Shown: one piece after another, positions 26,952 to 37,514 of the stretch
Position numbering within the stretch: the stretch's first letter is position 1
Layout of the letters: each line of letters starts with the position of its first letter
Assembly: GCA_963745075.1 (NCBI GenBank)
Contig: CAVUWV010000036.1
Span: forward strand, 96,001 to 160,000
Source: Candidatus Hydrogenedentota bacterium
GTDB lineage: Bacteria > Hydrogenedentota > Hydrogenedentia > Hydrogenedentales > SLHB01
Length of the DNA stretch: 64,000 bases
Direction of reading: 5' to 3'
The notes under the pieces: generated by a model
Databases searched by the model: none
The model's input: the letters and a program-made list of their open reading frames with translations, nothing else
Told to the model about the DNA's origin: nothing
Program-made: the position numbers and the translations under genes

Positions 26952-27560
26952 TTGGCGAGCATGGAACGATCCGGGGATTTGCGGCGTCACGAACCGCTCT
27001 TGCAGCGGCTGGCCGCCTCCGGTACGGAATTGGTCATCGTCATCGGACCCCAGGACGACCGCACCGATACCGGCCATTGGACCGGCGCGGTGATCAGCGT
27101 TAACGGCAAGGTCCAGGGGTTACCGACCCTGGAACAGGCCATCCACGACGGACTCTTCGCACCGGGCACGGGACGTTACCTAGCCGCCTTCGATCCCAAG
27201 AAGGTCTCCAAGGAACGCGCGACCGACGCTAAAGCCCGCACGGAGCACGCCATCAAAGCGATGCGTGCCCGCCAACACGGCAAACGGGTCCCACCCTACG
27301 TTTCGCCGTGGCTGCGTCCGAGCGAATCGGAAGTGGCATCGAAACGTGCGGAGTCCTTCGCGAAAAACACACGGCTGAAATTCGAGCGCGTCTATGCGTC
27401 TGCGCAAAAAGCCATCGAAGCCGGAGACGCCAAAACCGCCCTCGTCAAATGCAAAGCGGCGCTCGAACTCCTCCGCGAAGACACCATCTACGGCGATAGC
27501 CAGGCACAACTCGAATCCGCCCTCACCGCCGAAATCGAGCGTCTACAGGAACAGGGCTGA
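26952..27560 (+). CDS. Hypothetical protein (start uncertain)
   Basis: 202-aa ORF with GC3 bias filling the gap; helical C-terminus. Confidence 0.55.
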   Translation: MASMERSGDLRRHEPLLQRLAASGTELVIVIGPQDDRTDTGHWTGAVISVNGKVQGLPTLEQAIHDGLFAPGTGRYLAAFDPKKVSKERATDAKARTEHAIKAMRARQHGKRVPPYVSPWLRPSESEVASKRAESFAKNTRLKFERVYASAQKAIEAGDAKTALVKCKAALELLREDTIYGDSQAQLESALTAEIERLQEQG

Positions 27561-27569
27561 GACTCGATC

Positions 27570-28427
27570 TCAGCCGCAGCAGCGGGCCGCCGTCGGTCTG
27601 GTCGCGGACACGGCAAGGCTCGTAATATAGTCGCCGGCTTTCGTGCCTTTGGGCAGGTGCTGCAGGATCTCCTGGTACAACGGGTCGTTCATTTCCGTCA
27701 TGGAATCCACGTACCCGGCTTTCTGTTCGATCTGGATGCCGGTCAGGCCGGCGTCCATTGCCATGTGTTCCGTTTCTTCCACCAGCACGGCGCCGGCCAC
27801 ACAACCGATGAGCGACTCCACCGTTTCCCGAATTGCCGGGGGCAAAGGTCTCAACAAGGCAATATCCGACACCGCCACGCGGCCACCCGGCTTCAATACG
27901 CGCGCGATCTCGCGCCACACCTGCGGCTTGTCCGGCGACAGGTTGATCACGCAGTTCGATATGACCACGTCCACGCTGTTGTCGGCCACGGGCAGATGCT
28001 CGATCTCGCCGAGGCGGAATTCGACATTGTCTAGTCCGGTGCGCTCCTCGTAGGTCTGCGTGTTAGCGCGCGCCTTGGATAGCATCGCGGGCGTCATGTC
28101 CACGCCGATGGACCGGCCCGTCGAACCCACCTTTTTCCCGGCGATAAACACGTCAAACCCGCCCCCGCTGCCGAGGTCCAGTACCACTTCGCCCGGTTTC
28201 AAGGACGCGACCGCCGTCGGATTCCCGCAGGAAAGTCCCATGTTCGCGCCGTCCGGCAGCGTCGCCAGTTCCGCCTCGTCATAGCCGAGCTGGGTGGCCA
28301 AGGCATCCCCCGCCCCCGCGCCGCAACACGACGCGTGCGGTCCACAGCACGAGCCGCTCTCGGCAATCTTCCCATACCCTTCGCGCACTGTCTCCCGCAC
28401 GCGTTCCTGTTCCGTGGATGTACTCAT
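27570..28427 (-). CDS. arsM: Arsenite S-adenosylmethyltransferase
   Basis: [37 protein letters not shown]- and C-terminal CC; downstream of arsR. Confidence 0.92.
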   Translation of the reverse strand: MSTSTEQERVRETVREGYGKIAESGSCCGPHASCCGAGAGDALATQLGYDEAELATLPDGANMGLSCGNPTAVASLKPGEVVLDLGSGGGFDVFIAGKKVGSTGRSIGVDMTPAMLSKARANTQTYEERTGLDNVEFRLGEIEHLPVADNSVDVVISNCVINLSPDKPQVWREIARVLKPGGRVAVSDIALLRPLPPAIRETVESLIGCVAGAVLVEETEHMAMDAGLTGIQIEQKAGYVDSMTEMNDPLYQEILQHLPKGTKAGDYITSLAVSATRPTAARCCG

Positions 28428-28508
28428 CGCAGTGTAATCTCCATAAGTTCCCTGACCTCACGGCCATAAATCATCAATCACGCGGGACTGAGGTTAAACC
28501 GTCCCATC

Positions 28509-28631
28509 CCGTACTCGATCTCGTACTCGTACTCGAAATAAGCCCAAGGCTGCGCACGCCAGAACCGACCTCAACCCACAAAACCCAGTCGAACACTGTC
28601 TGACTTCGAGCGTACGAGTACGAGTAAGATC
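28509..28631. repeat. Hexamer-repeat (CTCGTA/TACGAG) inverted element between arsR and arsM
   Basis: GTACTCGATCTCGTACTCGTACTCGAA ... TTCGAGCGTACGAGTACGAGTAAGAT. Confidence 0.7.
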
Positions 28632-28698
28632 TGGCCCAGTCCGGCCATGTATTGGTTCCCAGCCATCCAATACATACTCCCTGTATTCTCCAGCGTCG

Positions 28699-29067
28699 TC
28701 ATTCGAAGACCATTCCAGGATACAGCTCTTCGGCGGGCATGCACAGGATCGCACAGAGTCGGTCCAAATCCTCCTCCAACCTACGCTCATCCGTGGCCAG
28801 GGCAAAGACCCAGTCCAGCGTCTGGTCCAGCGCGTCATCCTTCCCGCGCTCCGGGAGCCGGTAATAGACCCAGCGACCCCGCTTGTCCGCCTCCACCAGC
28901 CCCGCCTGTTTCAGAATGGACATATGCTTGGACACCGTCGAGGGCGCCAGCCCCAGCATGGCCATGATCTGGCACACGCAAAGCTCGCGGCCCTGCAACG
29001 CAAGCAGGGCCCGCACCCGCTGTTCATCCGCCACCGCCCGAGCCAGTTCCAAAAACTGCTTCATCAC
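28699..29067 (-). CDS. arsR: ArsR/SmtB metalloregulator
   Basis: ELCVCQI, STVSKHMSILKQAGLV, RGRWVYY. Confidence 0.92.
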   Translation of the reverse strand: MMKQFLELARAVADEQRVRALLALQGRELCVCQIMAMLGLAPSTVSKHMSILKQAGLVEADKRGRWVYYRLPERGKDDALDQTLDWVFALATDERRLEEDLDRLCAILCMPAEELYPGMVFE

Positions 29068-29074
29068 TCAATCC

Positions 29075-29123
29075 TATATTTCGCCATATGACGAAGTATA
29101 GTCTGAATATGTGGCGGTGTCAA
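29075..29123 (-). promoter_or_regulatory. arsR sigma70 promoter with overlapping palindromic operator
   Basis: TTGACA-N17-TATACT (29123-29095); imperfect palindrome TATATTTCGCCAT|ATGACGAAGTATA at 29075-29100. Confidence 0.8.
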
Positions 29124-29269
29124 GAGGTGGCAAGGAACGCTAATACGCGGAATATGCTTTAATGCGTTTATATTATTTGGCTTATAAAATGCGAAGACTC
29201 GCGAAGAACGGGACTGGTTTATCTGTCGTTGGGCTCGGAACCACAGGGACGTGTATAGGTTCTGACCGC

Positions 29270-30004
29270 CTAAGACCCCGCCTCGTTCGGTTCCGCGGCC
29301 GTCTTGCGGACCCGCAGGTTCAGCAGCTCGACGAACAGCGAGAAGGCCATGGCGAAGTAGATGTACCCCTTCTCGATGTGGCGGCCCAGCCCCTCCGCGA
29401 GGAGCATAACGCCGATGAGCAGGAGAAACGACAGGGCTAGCATCTTGATGGTGGGATGATGTTCAACGAACCGGCTCACCGCCCCGGCAAACAGCATCAT
29501 GATTCCCACGGCGATGATGACCGCGGCGACCATAATGGGGATGAGGCGTGCCATGCCGATCGCCGTGATGACCGAATCGAGCGAAAACACAATATCGAGC
29601 AACATAATTTGAATAATGACGGACGTGAACGACGCGGCCGCTTTCGCCTTCGTGGCGTGCTCGTGCCCCTCGATCTTGTCGTGAATCTCGAAGGTCGATT
29701 TGCCGATGAGAAACAAACCGCCCAGCAACAGGATCAGATCCCGGCCCGAGACCTCGTGGTGCAGCAGTGCAAACAGCGGTGCCGTCAGACCCATGACCCA
29801 TGACAGAGCGAGCAGCAACAAGATCCGCGTGACCATCGCCAACGCCAGCCCAATCCGCCGCGCCCGGTCCTGCACCGACGGGTCCAGCTTGCCTGTCAGG
29901 ATGGCGATGAACACAATATTGTCGATACCCAGCACGATTTCGAGGCTGGTCAACGTCACCAGCGCGATCAGACTTTCGACGGTTAGCAGTTCGGCCACGG
30001 TCAA
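29270..30004 (-). CDS. TerC family membrane protein
   Basis: LEIVLGIDNIVFI, LDIVFSLDSVITA, KGYIYFAMAFS. Confidence 0.93.
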   Translation of the reverse strand: MTVAELLTVESLIALVTLTSLEIVLGIDNIVFIAILTGKLDPSVQDRARRIGLALAMVTRILLLLALSWVMGLTAPLFALLHHEVSGRDLILLLGGLFLIGKSTFEIHDKIEGHEHATKAKAAASFTSVIIQIMLLDIVFSLDSVITAIGMARLIPIMVAAVIIAVGIMMLFAGAVSRFVEHHPTIKMLALSFLLLIGVMLLAEGLGRHIEKGYIYFAMAFSLFVELLNLRVRKTAAEPNEAGS

Positions 30005-30145
30005 GGTCTCCTATGGATAAGGCGCGATCGAAACGACTTGCTTGGCAATGCAACCCCGCGGCACGGTACCAAAGCCGCCACGCTGCCGTCCATAGGATCC
30101 TCGTCCACGAGACGCGCCACCTGCGTGGAAAAGGAGGAACCGGCA

Positions 30146-30475
30146 ATGCCAAGAAGCCGCCGCAACGATGATTCGTTCGTCCAATTCGTGGTGGATCAGC
30201 TCATGGCGTTGGGCGAGGTTGAAGCCCGGGCTATGTTCGGCGGGTTCGGGTTGTATTGTGGCGGGGCGTTTTTCGGGATCGTCCATGGAGATCGGGTGTA
30301 TTTCAAGACCGACGCCGCATCGCGGAAGGATTACGAGGTCGCCGGGATGGAACCGTTCCAGCCGAGCGCCGCGCAGACGTTGAAAAACTATATGGAAATC
30401 CCGCCGGACGTGCTGGAGGATGCGGCGGAATTGGTCCGGTTGGCGGAAACAGCTATCGCGGTGGCACGGGGCTGA
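30146..30475 (+). CDS. TfoX/Sxy N-terminal domain protein
   Basis: ARAMFGGFGLY...FFGIV...VYFKTD, YMEIPPDVLED; AGGAGG RBS. Confidence 0.88.
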   Translation: MPRSRRNDDSFVQFVVDQLMALGEVEARAMFGGFGLYCGGAFFGIVHGDRVYFKTDAASRKDYEVAGMEPFQPSAAQTLKNYMEIPPDVLEDAAELVRLAETAIAVARG

Positions 30476-30489
30476 TTCGCACGGAAAGC

Positions 30490-30867
30490 TCAGGCAGTGT
30501 TGGAGCGACGGACCCGGCGAACGGCCAGCATGGCCAAACCACCCACCAGAAGCACCATGGTTCCCGGTTCGGGCACGATGGCGGGCGCGCCGGTGTCGAC
30601 TTCGACGACATCGGGTTGTTCAAACTCTGTGGTCCGGGGAACGCCGAACGCGTCGAACCGTTGCATCCCCCAATCCGGCCGGTAGGAGTCGGCGATCTCC
30701 TGGTCTTCGTTTTCGTAAGTGGGCGTCTGAAGCCAGAAAGGCACGCCGTGTGTTTCCGTTATTCCAGACTCGGAATTCGATTGCTCTTGGGCCGTCGCGG
30801 TGACAGCCCCCATCAACGTCAAGGCGCACAGCGGTGCCAACGCATAGATAGACTTCAACTTCAACAA
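30490..30867 (-). CDS. Small PEP-CTERM sorting-domain protein
   Basis: Signal peptide; C-terminal VPEPGTMVLLVGGLAMLAVRRVRR; TTG start with AGGAG RBS. Confidence 0.85.
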   Translation of the reverse strand: MLKLKSIYALAPLCALTLMGAVTATAQEQSNSESGITETHGVPFWLQTPTYENEDQEIADSYRPDWGMQRFDAFGVPRTTEFEQPDVVEVDTGAPAIVPEPGTMVLLVGGLAMLAVRRVRRSNTA

Positions 30868-30962
30868 AATAAACTCCTGCCCGGAGGGTTATTCGAGAAT
30901 CATTCAGAACTGAAGGCGCAGTAGCGCCATCCAGGGAAGGTTACCTGACCAGGGTTAGAGCC

Positions 30963-30977
30963 GCATTAAGTGTGCCA
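30963..30977 (-). promoter_or_regulatory. Sigma54 promoter of the PEP-CTERM gene
   Basis: TGGCAC-ACTTA-ATGC on minus strand; AT-rich tract and TGT...ACA dyads at about 31057-31088 upstream. Confidence 0.7.
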
Positions 30978-31090
30978 ACAAATCCGAAATTTTTAACCTA
31001 TTGAATTTAATTGACTTCCAGGATTACACACGAAATCGCACGATCATCCAGACGAGTGTTTTGACGTGACAGGTTGTCAAACGTGACAAA

Positions 31091-32122
31091 CTATTGCTCT
31101 CGCGGTTGCTCGTCAACGTTGCCCGGTGCCCCCACCGGTCGAACGCTTCCAACGCGGTCGAGTCCCATGGTACCCCGAACCACGTAGATGGGCCGGTGCT
31201 GGGTCTCCATGTACGTGCGACCCACGTATTCGCCGACAATTCCGATGAACATGCACTGAATCCCGCCGAAGGTCCACAGCCCGGCTAGGGAAATCGAGAC
31301 CCAGGAAACGTCGGCGCCGCTGGCCAGGCGAAGCAGCAGGGCCACCGTAGCAACCCCTCCGATGCCGGCCGCAAGCATGCCGAGGAGCATGGCCGCGCGG
31401 AGGGGCATGAGGCTGAAACTGGTGACGCTCGTGATGGCCAGGCGCGCGTTGGCCCGCCAGGTGTACTTGCTCCTTCCAGAAAGGCGTGGGGCGTGCTCGT
31501 AATCCACCGTCGTCTGCCGGAACCCCGACCACGAGGTCAAGGTACGCACCAGCCGGTGGCGTTGGGGGCATTGGCGAAACACCTCGGCCACGGCCCGGTC
31601 CACCAGCCGGAACTCGCCCGTATCGAAGGGGAGATCCCAGCCCACCATGGCATTCATGACCCGGTAGAACAGATAGGCGGCGGCCCGACGTGCCGGGGGA
31701 TCGTTTGCGCGCCGGGTACGATGACCACCCACGATTTCGTAGCCTTCCCGCCACATCGCCACCATGGCCGGAATAACCTCCGGCGGATCCTGGCCGTCCG
31801 CGTCCATGATGACGACCGCGTCCCCTTGCGCGACCTGGATGCCCGCCGTCAAGGCCTGGCTCTGGCCGAAGTTGCGGGACAGAAAGATCGCCTTTACGCG
31901 GTTGTCCTGCCCGTGCAGCGCCTCTAACACGTCGCGGGAATCATCCGCACTGCCGTCGTCGACGAAGATGAGTTCCCAATCGAGGTCCACCGGCTCCAAT
32001 GCAGCGCGTAGCCGTTCGTACAGCGGCGTGAGATTCTGGCACTCGTTATACGCGGGCACCACGACGGACAGCGTACACCGGGTGGATCCGGTCGGTTCAG
32101 GGGACGGTGTATCACGTTCCAT
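31091..32122 (-). CDS. GT2 glycosyltransferase (GtrB/DPM1-like)
   Basis: SVVVPAYNE, VDDGS, SRNFG, MDADGQDPP, two C-terminal TM, GEYVGR..RPIYVV. Confidence 0.92.
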   Translation of the reverse strand: MERDTPSPEPTGSTRCTLSVVVPAYNECQNLTPLYERLRAALEPVDLDWELIFVDDGSADDSRDVLEALHGQDNRVKAIFLSRNFGQSQALTAGIQVAQGDAVVIMDADGQDPPEVIPAMVAMWREGYEIVGGHRTRRANDPPARRAAAYLFYRVMNAMVGWDLPFDTGEFRLVDRAVAEVFRQCPQRHRLVRTLTSWSGFRQTTVDYEHAPRLSGRSKYTWRANARLAITSVTSFSLMPLRAAMLLGMLAAGIGGVATVALLLRLASGADVSWVSISLAGLWTFGGIQCMFIGIVGEYVGRTYMETQHRPIYVVRGTMGLDRVGSVRPVGAPGNVDEQPREQ

Positions 32123-32127
32123 CTGCG

Positions 32128-32742
32128 TTATCCCTTACGGCGCGCGGCGATGTGAAAACTCCAATAGGCATCGCGGTCGCGGTTGCACTCCAGGATTTCC
32201 ATGCCTTCCCCCTCCAGAAAGGGAACGAGCACCTGCCACGTGGGGCTCCACTTGTGCCCGCCACCGACCCACGGACCACCCGGCCGCCACAATAGCATCG
32301 ACTCGTGTGGCAGGTAGAGAAACAGCGTACCGCCGGCGCGCAGTTTGCCGATCCACAAGCGCAATGCGTCCTGCCACTGGGCGAGATGCTCGAGACAGTG
32401 CGAACTGAAAACGTAGTCGAGGCTTTCGTCCGGGAATCGCTCCAGCCGGTAGGCGTTTTCGCCCAACCGGTCGTCCACGGATTCCGCGCCGGGGAAAGGC
32501 CACTGGTTCGCACCGATATCGATTCCAATCCCCGTGCAATAGCGCTTGGCCGTGTCGAGAATGTGCTCGGCGGCATTGCCGTGATGGAGGTATTCGGGAT
32601 ACCGCTCGTCCTGATACTCGTAGAAGACGGAGCCATTCTCGGTCACACGCTTGACCTGCCGCCGCTTCCAGATGCAGGTCAGCGCCGGACCGATCTCGTC
32701 GGGATGTTTCAACGCCCGCGTGACCATGGCAATCAGCCGCAA
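32128..32742 (-). CDS. Class I SAM-dependent methyltransferase (type 11-like)
   Basis: GIDIGA, SLDYVFSSHCLEHL, GGTLFLYLP. Confidence 0.85.
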   Translation of the reverse strand: MRLIAMVTRALKHPDEIGPALTCIWKRRQVKRVTENGSVFYEYQDERYPEYLHHGNAAEHILDTAKRYCTGIGIDIGANQWPFPGAESVDDRLGENAYRLERFPDESLDYVFSSHCLEHLAQWQDALRLWIGKLRAGGTLFLYLPHESMLLWRPGGPWVGGGHKWSPTWQVLVPFLEGEGMEILECNRDRDAYWSFHIAARRKG

Positions 32743-32890
32743 CTTCAGCCCTCCCCGCTTCTGCTCGCAATCATAAGGCTCTCATAATCACCACTCAGGA
32801 TTGAGATCTCTTAGTAGGACGGGAATGGTTCCCGTCCAGTTTCTTCCGATACACTCCATGCTTAGTACAGCTTCCAGTAGATGAGGTGAC

Positions 32891-33052
32891 AATATGGAGT
32901 GCGGCCGCTTGCGGCTGCTTTTCTTGCGTCTATTGCGGAAACTCTAATCCCACGAAGTCATGCAATCTACGGTGATACTCCATACGGCGTAAGAATACGA
33001 CGTAGGCAAGCCTGCTCTGGGAAAGCAGCCGCAAGCGGCCGCACTCCATATT
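32891..33052. repeat. REP/MITE-like element with perfect 31-bp inverted repeats
   Basis: AATATGGAGTGCGGCCGCTTGCGGCTGCTTT (32891-32921) and its reverse complement (33022-33052). Confidence 0.9.
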
Positions 33053-33094
33053 CTTTCTACTCGAAAGTGTTATCCAAATTACGGGAGTGACCCA

Positions 33095-34282
33095 TTACCG
33101 CCCGTGGTAGCGCAACGCGAGCACGGCGATGTCGTCGGTCTGCGGCGCCCCCGCCGAAAACGCCCGCACCCGTCTTACGACGCTCTTCACGAGTTGTTCG
33201 ATGGGATCGCCATGGTGCTTTGCCAAGGTCTTCTGAAGCCGCGTCTCGGAGAACAGGTTGCGTTCTTCGTCCATGGCTTCGCTGACGCCGTCGGTGTACA
33301 GGAACAAATTATCGCCGGGCTCGAGCTGCACCTTGCCGCCGTGATACTCACCCTCCGACGAGACGCCCAGCACCAGTCCACCGGGATGGTCCAGCGGCGC
33401 GACGTCACCGTTCGCGCGAATGACGTAAGGGGGCTGGTGTCCCGCAATGCAGTAATCCACCTTACCGGTGGACGTGTCGAGTATGCCGTAGAAAAGCGTT
33501 ACGAAAAGCCCCGCGCTGTAGTCCGCGCAGAGCAGGCGGTTCACCTGCCGCAGGCAGTCCGCCGCACGAAATCCCTGCAAGGCGGTCGCCTTCACCAGGG
33601 TCCGCGAAACGGCCATGATGATGGACGCGGGCACGCCTTTGCCCGCCACGTCGCCGATGACGACGCCGAGCCGGTTGTCGTCGATGAGAAAGAAATCGTA
33701 GAAGTCGCCGCCCACGTCGCGCGCAGGAATCATCTTGGCGTAGATGTCGAAATCCGGCCGCTCGGGATAGGCGGGAAAAGTGCTCGGCACAATCGACCGC
33801 TGGATCCGGGCCGCCACTTCCAGTTCCTGCTCGACCAGTTGAAGGCGGTCTCGATTCATAGCGGCTTCCTTGGTGGCCGCCAGTTCGCGGGTCGTTTTTT
33901 CCAGGGTGATTTCCAAGTCTTTGAAGTCGATGGGCTTCGTCAGGAAGTCAAAAGCGCCGCGGTTCATCGCGGTGCGGATGTTCTCCATGTCGCCATACGC
34001 GGACACGATGATCGCTTTCCGGGGCGGATCGAATTCGGAGAGCCGGGACAACAGGGTAAGCCCGTCCATCTCGGGCATGTTAATGTCCGTCAAGACGATG
34101 TCGATGTTGCCGTCGGCGTCGAGCTTTTCGATGGCATCGACGCCGTTGCGGGCAAAGACAAACACGAACTCGCCGTCCCGGATCTTCTTCCGGAACCGCT
34201 GGCGAATCAGGGTTTCCAGGTCGGGTTCGTCGTCCACGACCAGCAGTTTTATGGGTGTAACGCTCAACAGAACCTCACTCAT
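33095..34282 (-). CDS. Response regulator with SpoIIE/PP2C phosphatase output
   Basis: REC (VVDDE, LTDINMP, LTKP); VGGDFYD, IGDVAGKG, LYTDGVSEA, TDDI. Confidence 0.93.
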   Translation of the reverse strand: MSEVLLSVTPIKLLVVDDEPDLETLIRQRFRKKIRDGEFVFVFARNGVDAIEKLDADGNIDIVLTDINMPEMDGLTLLSRLSEFDPPRKAIIVSAYGDMENIRTAMNRGAFDFLTKPIDFKDLEITLEKTTRELAATKEAAMNRDRLQLVEQELEVAARIQRSIVPSTFPAYPERPDFDIYAKMIPARDVGGDFYDFFLIDDNRLGVVIGDVAGKGVPASIIMAVSRTLVKATALQGFRAADCLRQVNRLLCADYSAGLFVTLFYGILDTSTGKVDYCIAGHQPPYVIRANGDVAPLDHPGGLVLGVSSEGEYHGGKVQLEPGDNLFLYTDGVSEAMDEERNLFSETRLQKTLAKHHGDPIEQLVKSVVRRVRAFSAGAPQTDDIAVLALRYHGR

Positions 34283-34650
34283 GGCAGGTGCAATACGTCC
34301 CGCCGGAGTTGATCGAAATCAAGGGGTTTGGACAGAAAGCCGTCGGCGCCGAGCTGTTCCGCGAGGGTGCGGCGCCCGTCGTCTTCGTACGGCGCAATCA
34401 TATATACCGGCACATGCGCATCCCGTTTCTTAAGATCCTTCAACAGGTCCAGACCGCTCGCGCCCGGCAGATTGATATCGGACAGGATCAGGACCACGTC
34501 CGGCGAATCGTTTCCGGCCGTCGATTTCAGCGCGGATTCTGAGGACAAGGCAAACTGAAGACCGACGGACCCTTCCCGCAGTTCCTTCCGGAACCGCTGC
34601 GAAAACAGGCACTCGGTATCGTGTTCGTCGTCGACTACGAGAATGTTCAT
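34279..34650 (-). CDS. Single-domain response regulator
   Basis: [28 protein letters not shown] overlaps on both sides. Confidence 0.88.
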   Translation of the reverse strand: MNILVVDDEHDTECLFSQRFRKELREGSVGLQFALSSESALKSTAGNDSPDVVLILSDINLPGASGLDLLKDLKKRDAHVPVYMIAPYEDDGRRTLAEQLGADGFLSKPLDFDQLRRDVLHLP

Positions 34651-37310
34651 TTTCGCTTCCGCCGGCCTTTTTGCGGTGGTTTCTTGGGCAACGCAATGCT
34701 GAACTCGGTGAATTCGCCGGGTTCGGTATCCACGATGAGTTCCCCGAGATGCTCGCGCACGATGATATCGTAACAAATCGACAAGCCCAGCCCCGTCCCT
34801 TCGCCCGACGGCTTGGTCGTGAAGAAGGGATTGAAAATATTGTCCTTGATTTCGGCCGGGATGCCGGGGCCGTTGTCGCGGACGCGGATCTCCGCGTGGG
34901 TGCCCGCGTCGCGCGTCCGCACGGTGAGCTGCGGCGTGAATTCGCCGCCGATGGATTTCTTCTTCTGGTGCGCGGCGTAACAACCGTTGTTCACGAGATT
35001 AAGAATGACCCGGCTGAGATCCTGCGGCACCACCGGAATTGGGCCCAAACGTTCATCGTACTGCAAGTCGAGCCGGATGTTGAACGAGGCGTCGCGCGCC
35101 CGCAAGCCGTGATAGGCGAGTTTGACGTACTCGTCCACGAGCGCATTGATATCCGTGGGTTGCCGCATGGACTCGGATCGGGAATGCTGCAACATGCCGC
35201 GCACGATCCGGTCCGCCCGTTTTCCGTGTTCGAGAATGCGCTGGGCGTTTAGTTCGATATCCTGCAGCAACGTGTCGATGGCCTCCGCGCGCGCGCCCTC
35301 GAGCCGCTCCCGTTCCGCGTGGAGCAGGGTCTGGAGTTCGAGCGTGAGTTCGGCCGTGAGTTCGGCGAAGTTGTTCACGAAGTTCAGCGGGTTCTTAATC
35401 TCGTGGGCAATTCCCGCGGTCAACACGCCCAACGACGCCATCTTTTCCTGGGTGATCAGTTTGCGCTGGGTTTCACGGAGCTTTTCCAAAGTGGTGTGCA
35501 GTTCGACGTTCTTCGCTTCCAGTTCACCGGTCCGTTGCGCGACCTGTTCCTCGAGCGTGCGGCTGTAGTCCTGGTGGAGCTTTTGCGCCCATTTCCGTTC
35601 GGAAATGTCGATGACGCTCCCGCGGATAAGTTCGCGGCCGGTCGCGGGCAACCGCACCAACCGGACCTCGCACGGGAATTTGCGTCCGGACTTGTCGCGG
35701 CACGTCAACTCGAACTTCATCGCGCCGCCGCGCAACGCTTGATCGAGCCGTTCGGTGATCAACTGTTCCACCGTTCGACCCACCAATTCGTCCGCCGAAG
35801 TGACGTTGCGCGGACCGATCCGCAGGATCTCGCCAGCCTCGTAGCCGAACAGTTTTTCCGCGTTTCGGTTGGCGTCCACGAAGAGCTGGGTTCGGGCGTC
35901 GATAACCACGATGGCCTCGGGCGCATGCTCGACGAGGGTACGGAACCGCTCTTCGCTTTCCTGCAAGGCGCGGCGGGCTGCTTTGCGTTTGCTGATGTCC
36001 CGCGCAAAGGCGCCGAAGGTGTTGCTGTCGCCGATGCGGACGTGCGTTATGGACAGTTCCAGCGGGAACGTGTGCCCGTCGCGGTGCATCGCCGTCATTT
36101 CCACGCGCCGGTTCATCATCGTGCTTTCGCCGGTTGCCAGGTAGCGTTTGAGCCCGGCCTCGTGGTGCTCCCGGTATTCCGGCGGAATGATCACCGACGA
36201 CAGACGCTGACCGAGCACCTTTTCCCGCCGCCACCCGAACATGGCTTCGGCCTGGGCGTTCCACCCGATAATGAGCCCGGCAGTGTTCATGGCGATGTAC
36301 GCGTCCATGGCACTGTCGATCACCGCGCTGCTGCGACGCTCGCTTTCCTGGATCGCGCGTTCCCAACGCTTACGTTCGGTCACGTCGCGAAAGCTGACGA
36401 GAAACCCTTGTATCCCCGTATCCGGCGACAATCGATTACCGGAGGTCTCGAAGTATCGCCACGTACCCTCGCGATGGCGCACTCGGCACGAAATGACCGG
36501 TGCCGCTTCCCTGGCCCGGTTTTGCCGGCGAAAGGCGCGGGCCAACTCGCGCCGGTCCTCGGGATGGATAAACTCATTGCTCGGACGACCCACCAGGTCT
36601 TCAGCTTCATGACCCAAAACCTGGGCGACCGAGGGGGTCACGTAGGTGATGATTCCGTCTTCGTCTACGATTGCGATGAGGTCGAGGGTATTTTCGACCA
36701 GCGACTGAAAGGCGTCCCGCATGCGCAGCGGTTCCGCCGCGGTCTTGGACCGGCGTTTTGCCGCCAGTGCAATGGACGCCAAGTTGGCGATGGACGACGC
36801 GAAATTCTCCTCATCGGTATACCACTGCCGCTGCGGTCCCACATGCTCGTTGCACAGCACGCCAATGACGCTGCGGCCGTGGACGATGGGCACGTCCAGC
36901 ATGGACGTGATGCCGTGCGCCTCCAGGTAGTCAGGATGAAACTCCCGGGTCCGGGGATCGCGCGTCGCGTCGTGGGCCACGATCCGGTGTTCGCCGCGCA
37001 CCGCCTCGAAATACGCCGGGCACTGACGCTGCTCCAGCACCATCCCCGCCGAGAACCCGTCCTTCGTAAACTCATACAGCGCAACGCATTTCAGCGATTC
37101 ATCGTCCCGCGAAAACCGCCAAACACTGACCCGTTCGCATGCCAGCGTGCGCGCCGCCACCTCCACAATGGCCCGCATGGCGTCGTCTGCATCGGAAATC
37201 TCGGAAATCGTGATTTTCGAGAGTTGGACCAGCGCATTGTTCTGCGTCCGCTGCCGACGCTCCACCGCCTGCACCACGTCCTGCGAAGTCTGTGTTTCGG
37301 GAGTTTCCAA
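34647..37310 (-). CDS. Cytoplasmic GAF-PAS-PAS-PAS histidine kinase
   Basis: GAF (ERVSVW, SMLDVPI), three [33 protein letters not shown]. Confidence 0.93.
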   Translation of the reverse strand: METPETQTSQDVVQAVERRQRTQNNALVQLSKITISEISDADDAMRAIVEVAARTLACERVSVWRFSRDDESLKCVALYEFTKDGFSAGMVLEQRQCPAYFEAVRGEHRIVAHDATRDPRTREFHPDYLEAHGITSMLDVPIVHGRSVIGVLCNEHVGPQRQWYTDEENFASSIANLASIALAAKRRSKTAAEPLRMRDAFQSLVENTLDLIAIVDEDGIITYVTPSVAQVLGHEAEDLVGRPSNEFIHPEDRRELARAFRRQNRAREAAPVISCRVRHREGTWRYFETSGNRLSPDTGIQGFLVSFRDVTERKRWERAIQESERRSSAVIDSAMDAYIAMNTAGLIIGWNAQAEAMFGWRREKVLGQRLSSVIIPPEYREHHEAGLKRYLATGESTMMNRRVEMTAMHRDGHTFPLELSITHVRIGDSNTFGAFARDISKRKAARRALQESEERFRTLVEHAPEAIVVIDARTQLFVDANRNAEKLFGYEAGEILRIGPRNVTSADELVGRTVEQLITERLDQALRGGAMKFELTCRDKSGRKFPCEVRLVRLPATGRELIRGSVIDISERKWAQKLHQDYSRTLEEQVAQRTGELEAKNVELHTTLEKLRETQRKLITQEKMASLGVLTAGIAHEIKNPLNFVNNFAELTAELTLELQTLLHAERERLEGARAEAIDTLLQDIELNAQRILEHGKRADRIVRGMLQHSRSESMRQPTDINALVDEYVKLAYHGLRARDASFNIRLDLQYDERLGPIPVVPQDLSRVILNLVNNGCYAAHQKKKSIGGEFTPQLTVRTRDAGTHAEIRVRDNGPGIPAEIKDNIFNPFFTTKPSGEGTGLGLSICYDIIVREHLGELIVDTEPGEFTEFSIALPKKPPQKGRRKRK

Positions 37311-37514
37311 GGAAGATTAGCCTCTCGTTACGCGTATGAAGACGGGATACTTATCCCCATCCCAACGCAGTCAGCGCCATATTCTACCTGAAAGACCGGT
37401 CCCTCTGGAATGCGCTGGGACGGACCGCCCGTTCATCCCGCGGGGTAGTCACTCGATTTGAATTGTGTTAGTATGGATGCTGGATAACGTTAGCAAGAAC
37501 TGCAAGGCTGGCTG

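Noticed and set aside
35319..37391. Long antisense ORFs (e.g. 690 aa here, 558 aa at 25401-27077, 504 aa at 62465-63979)
   Set aside because: Shadow frames of high-GC genes with no recognisable motifs
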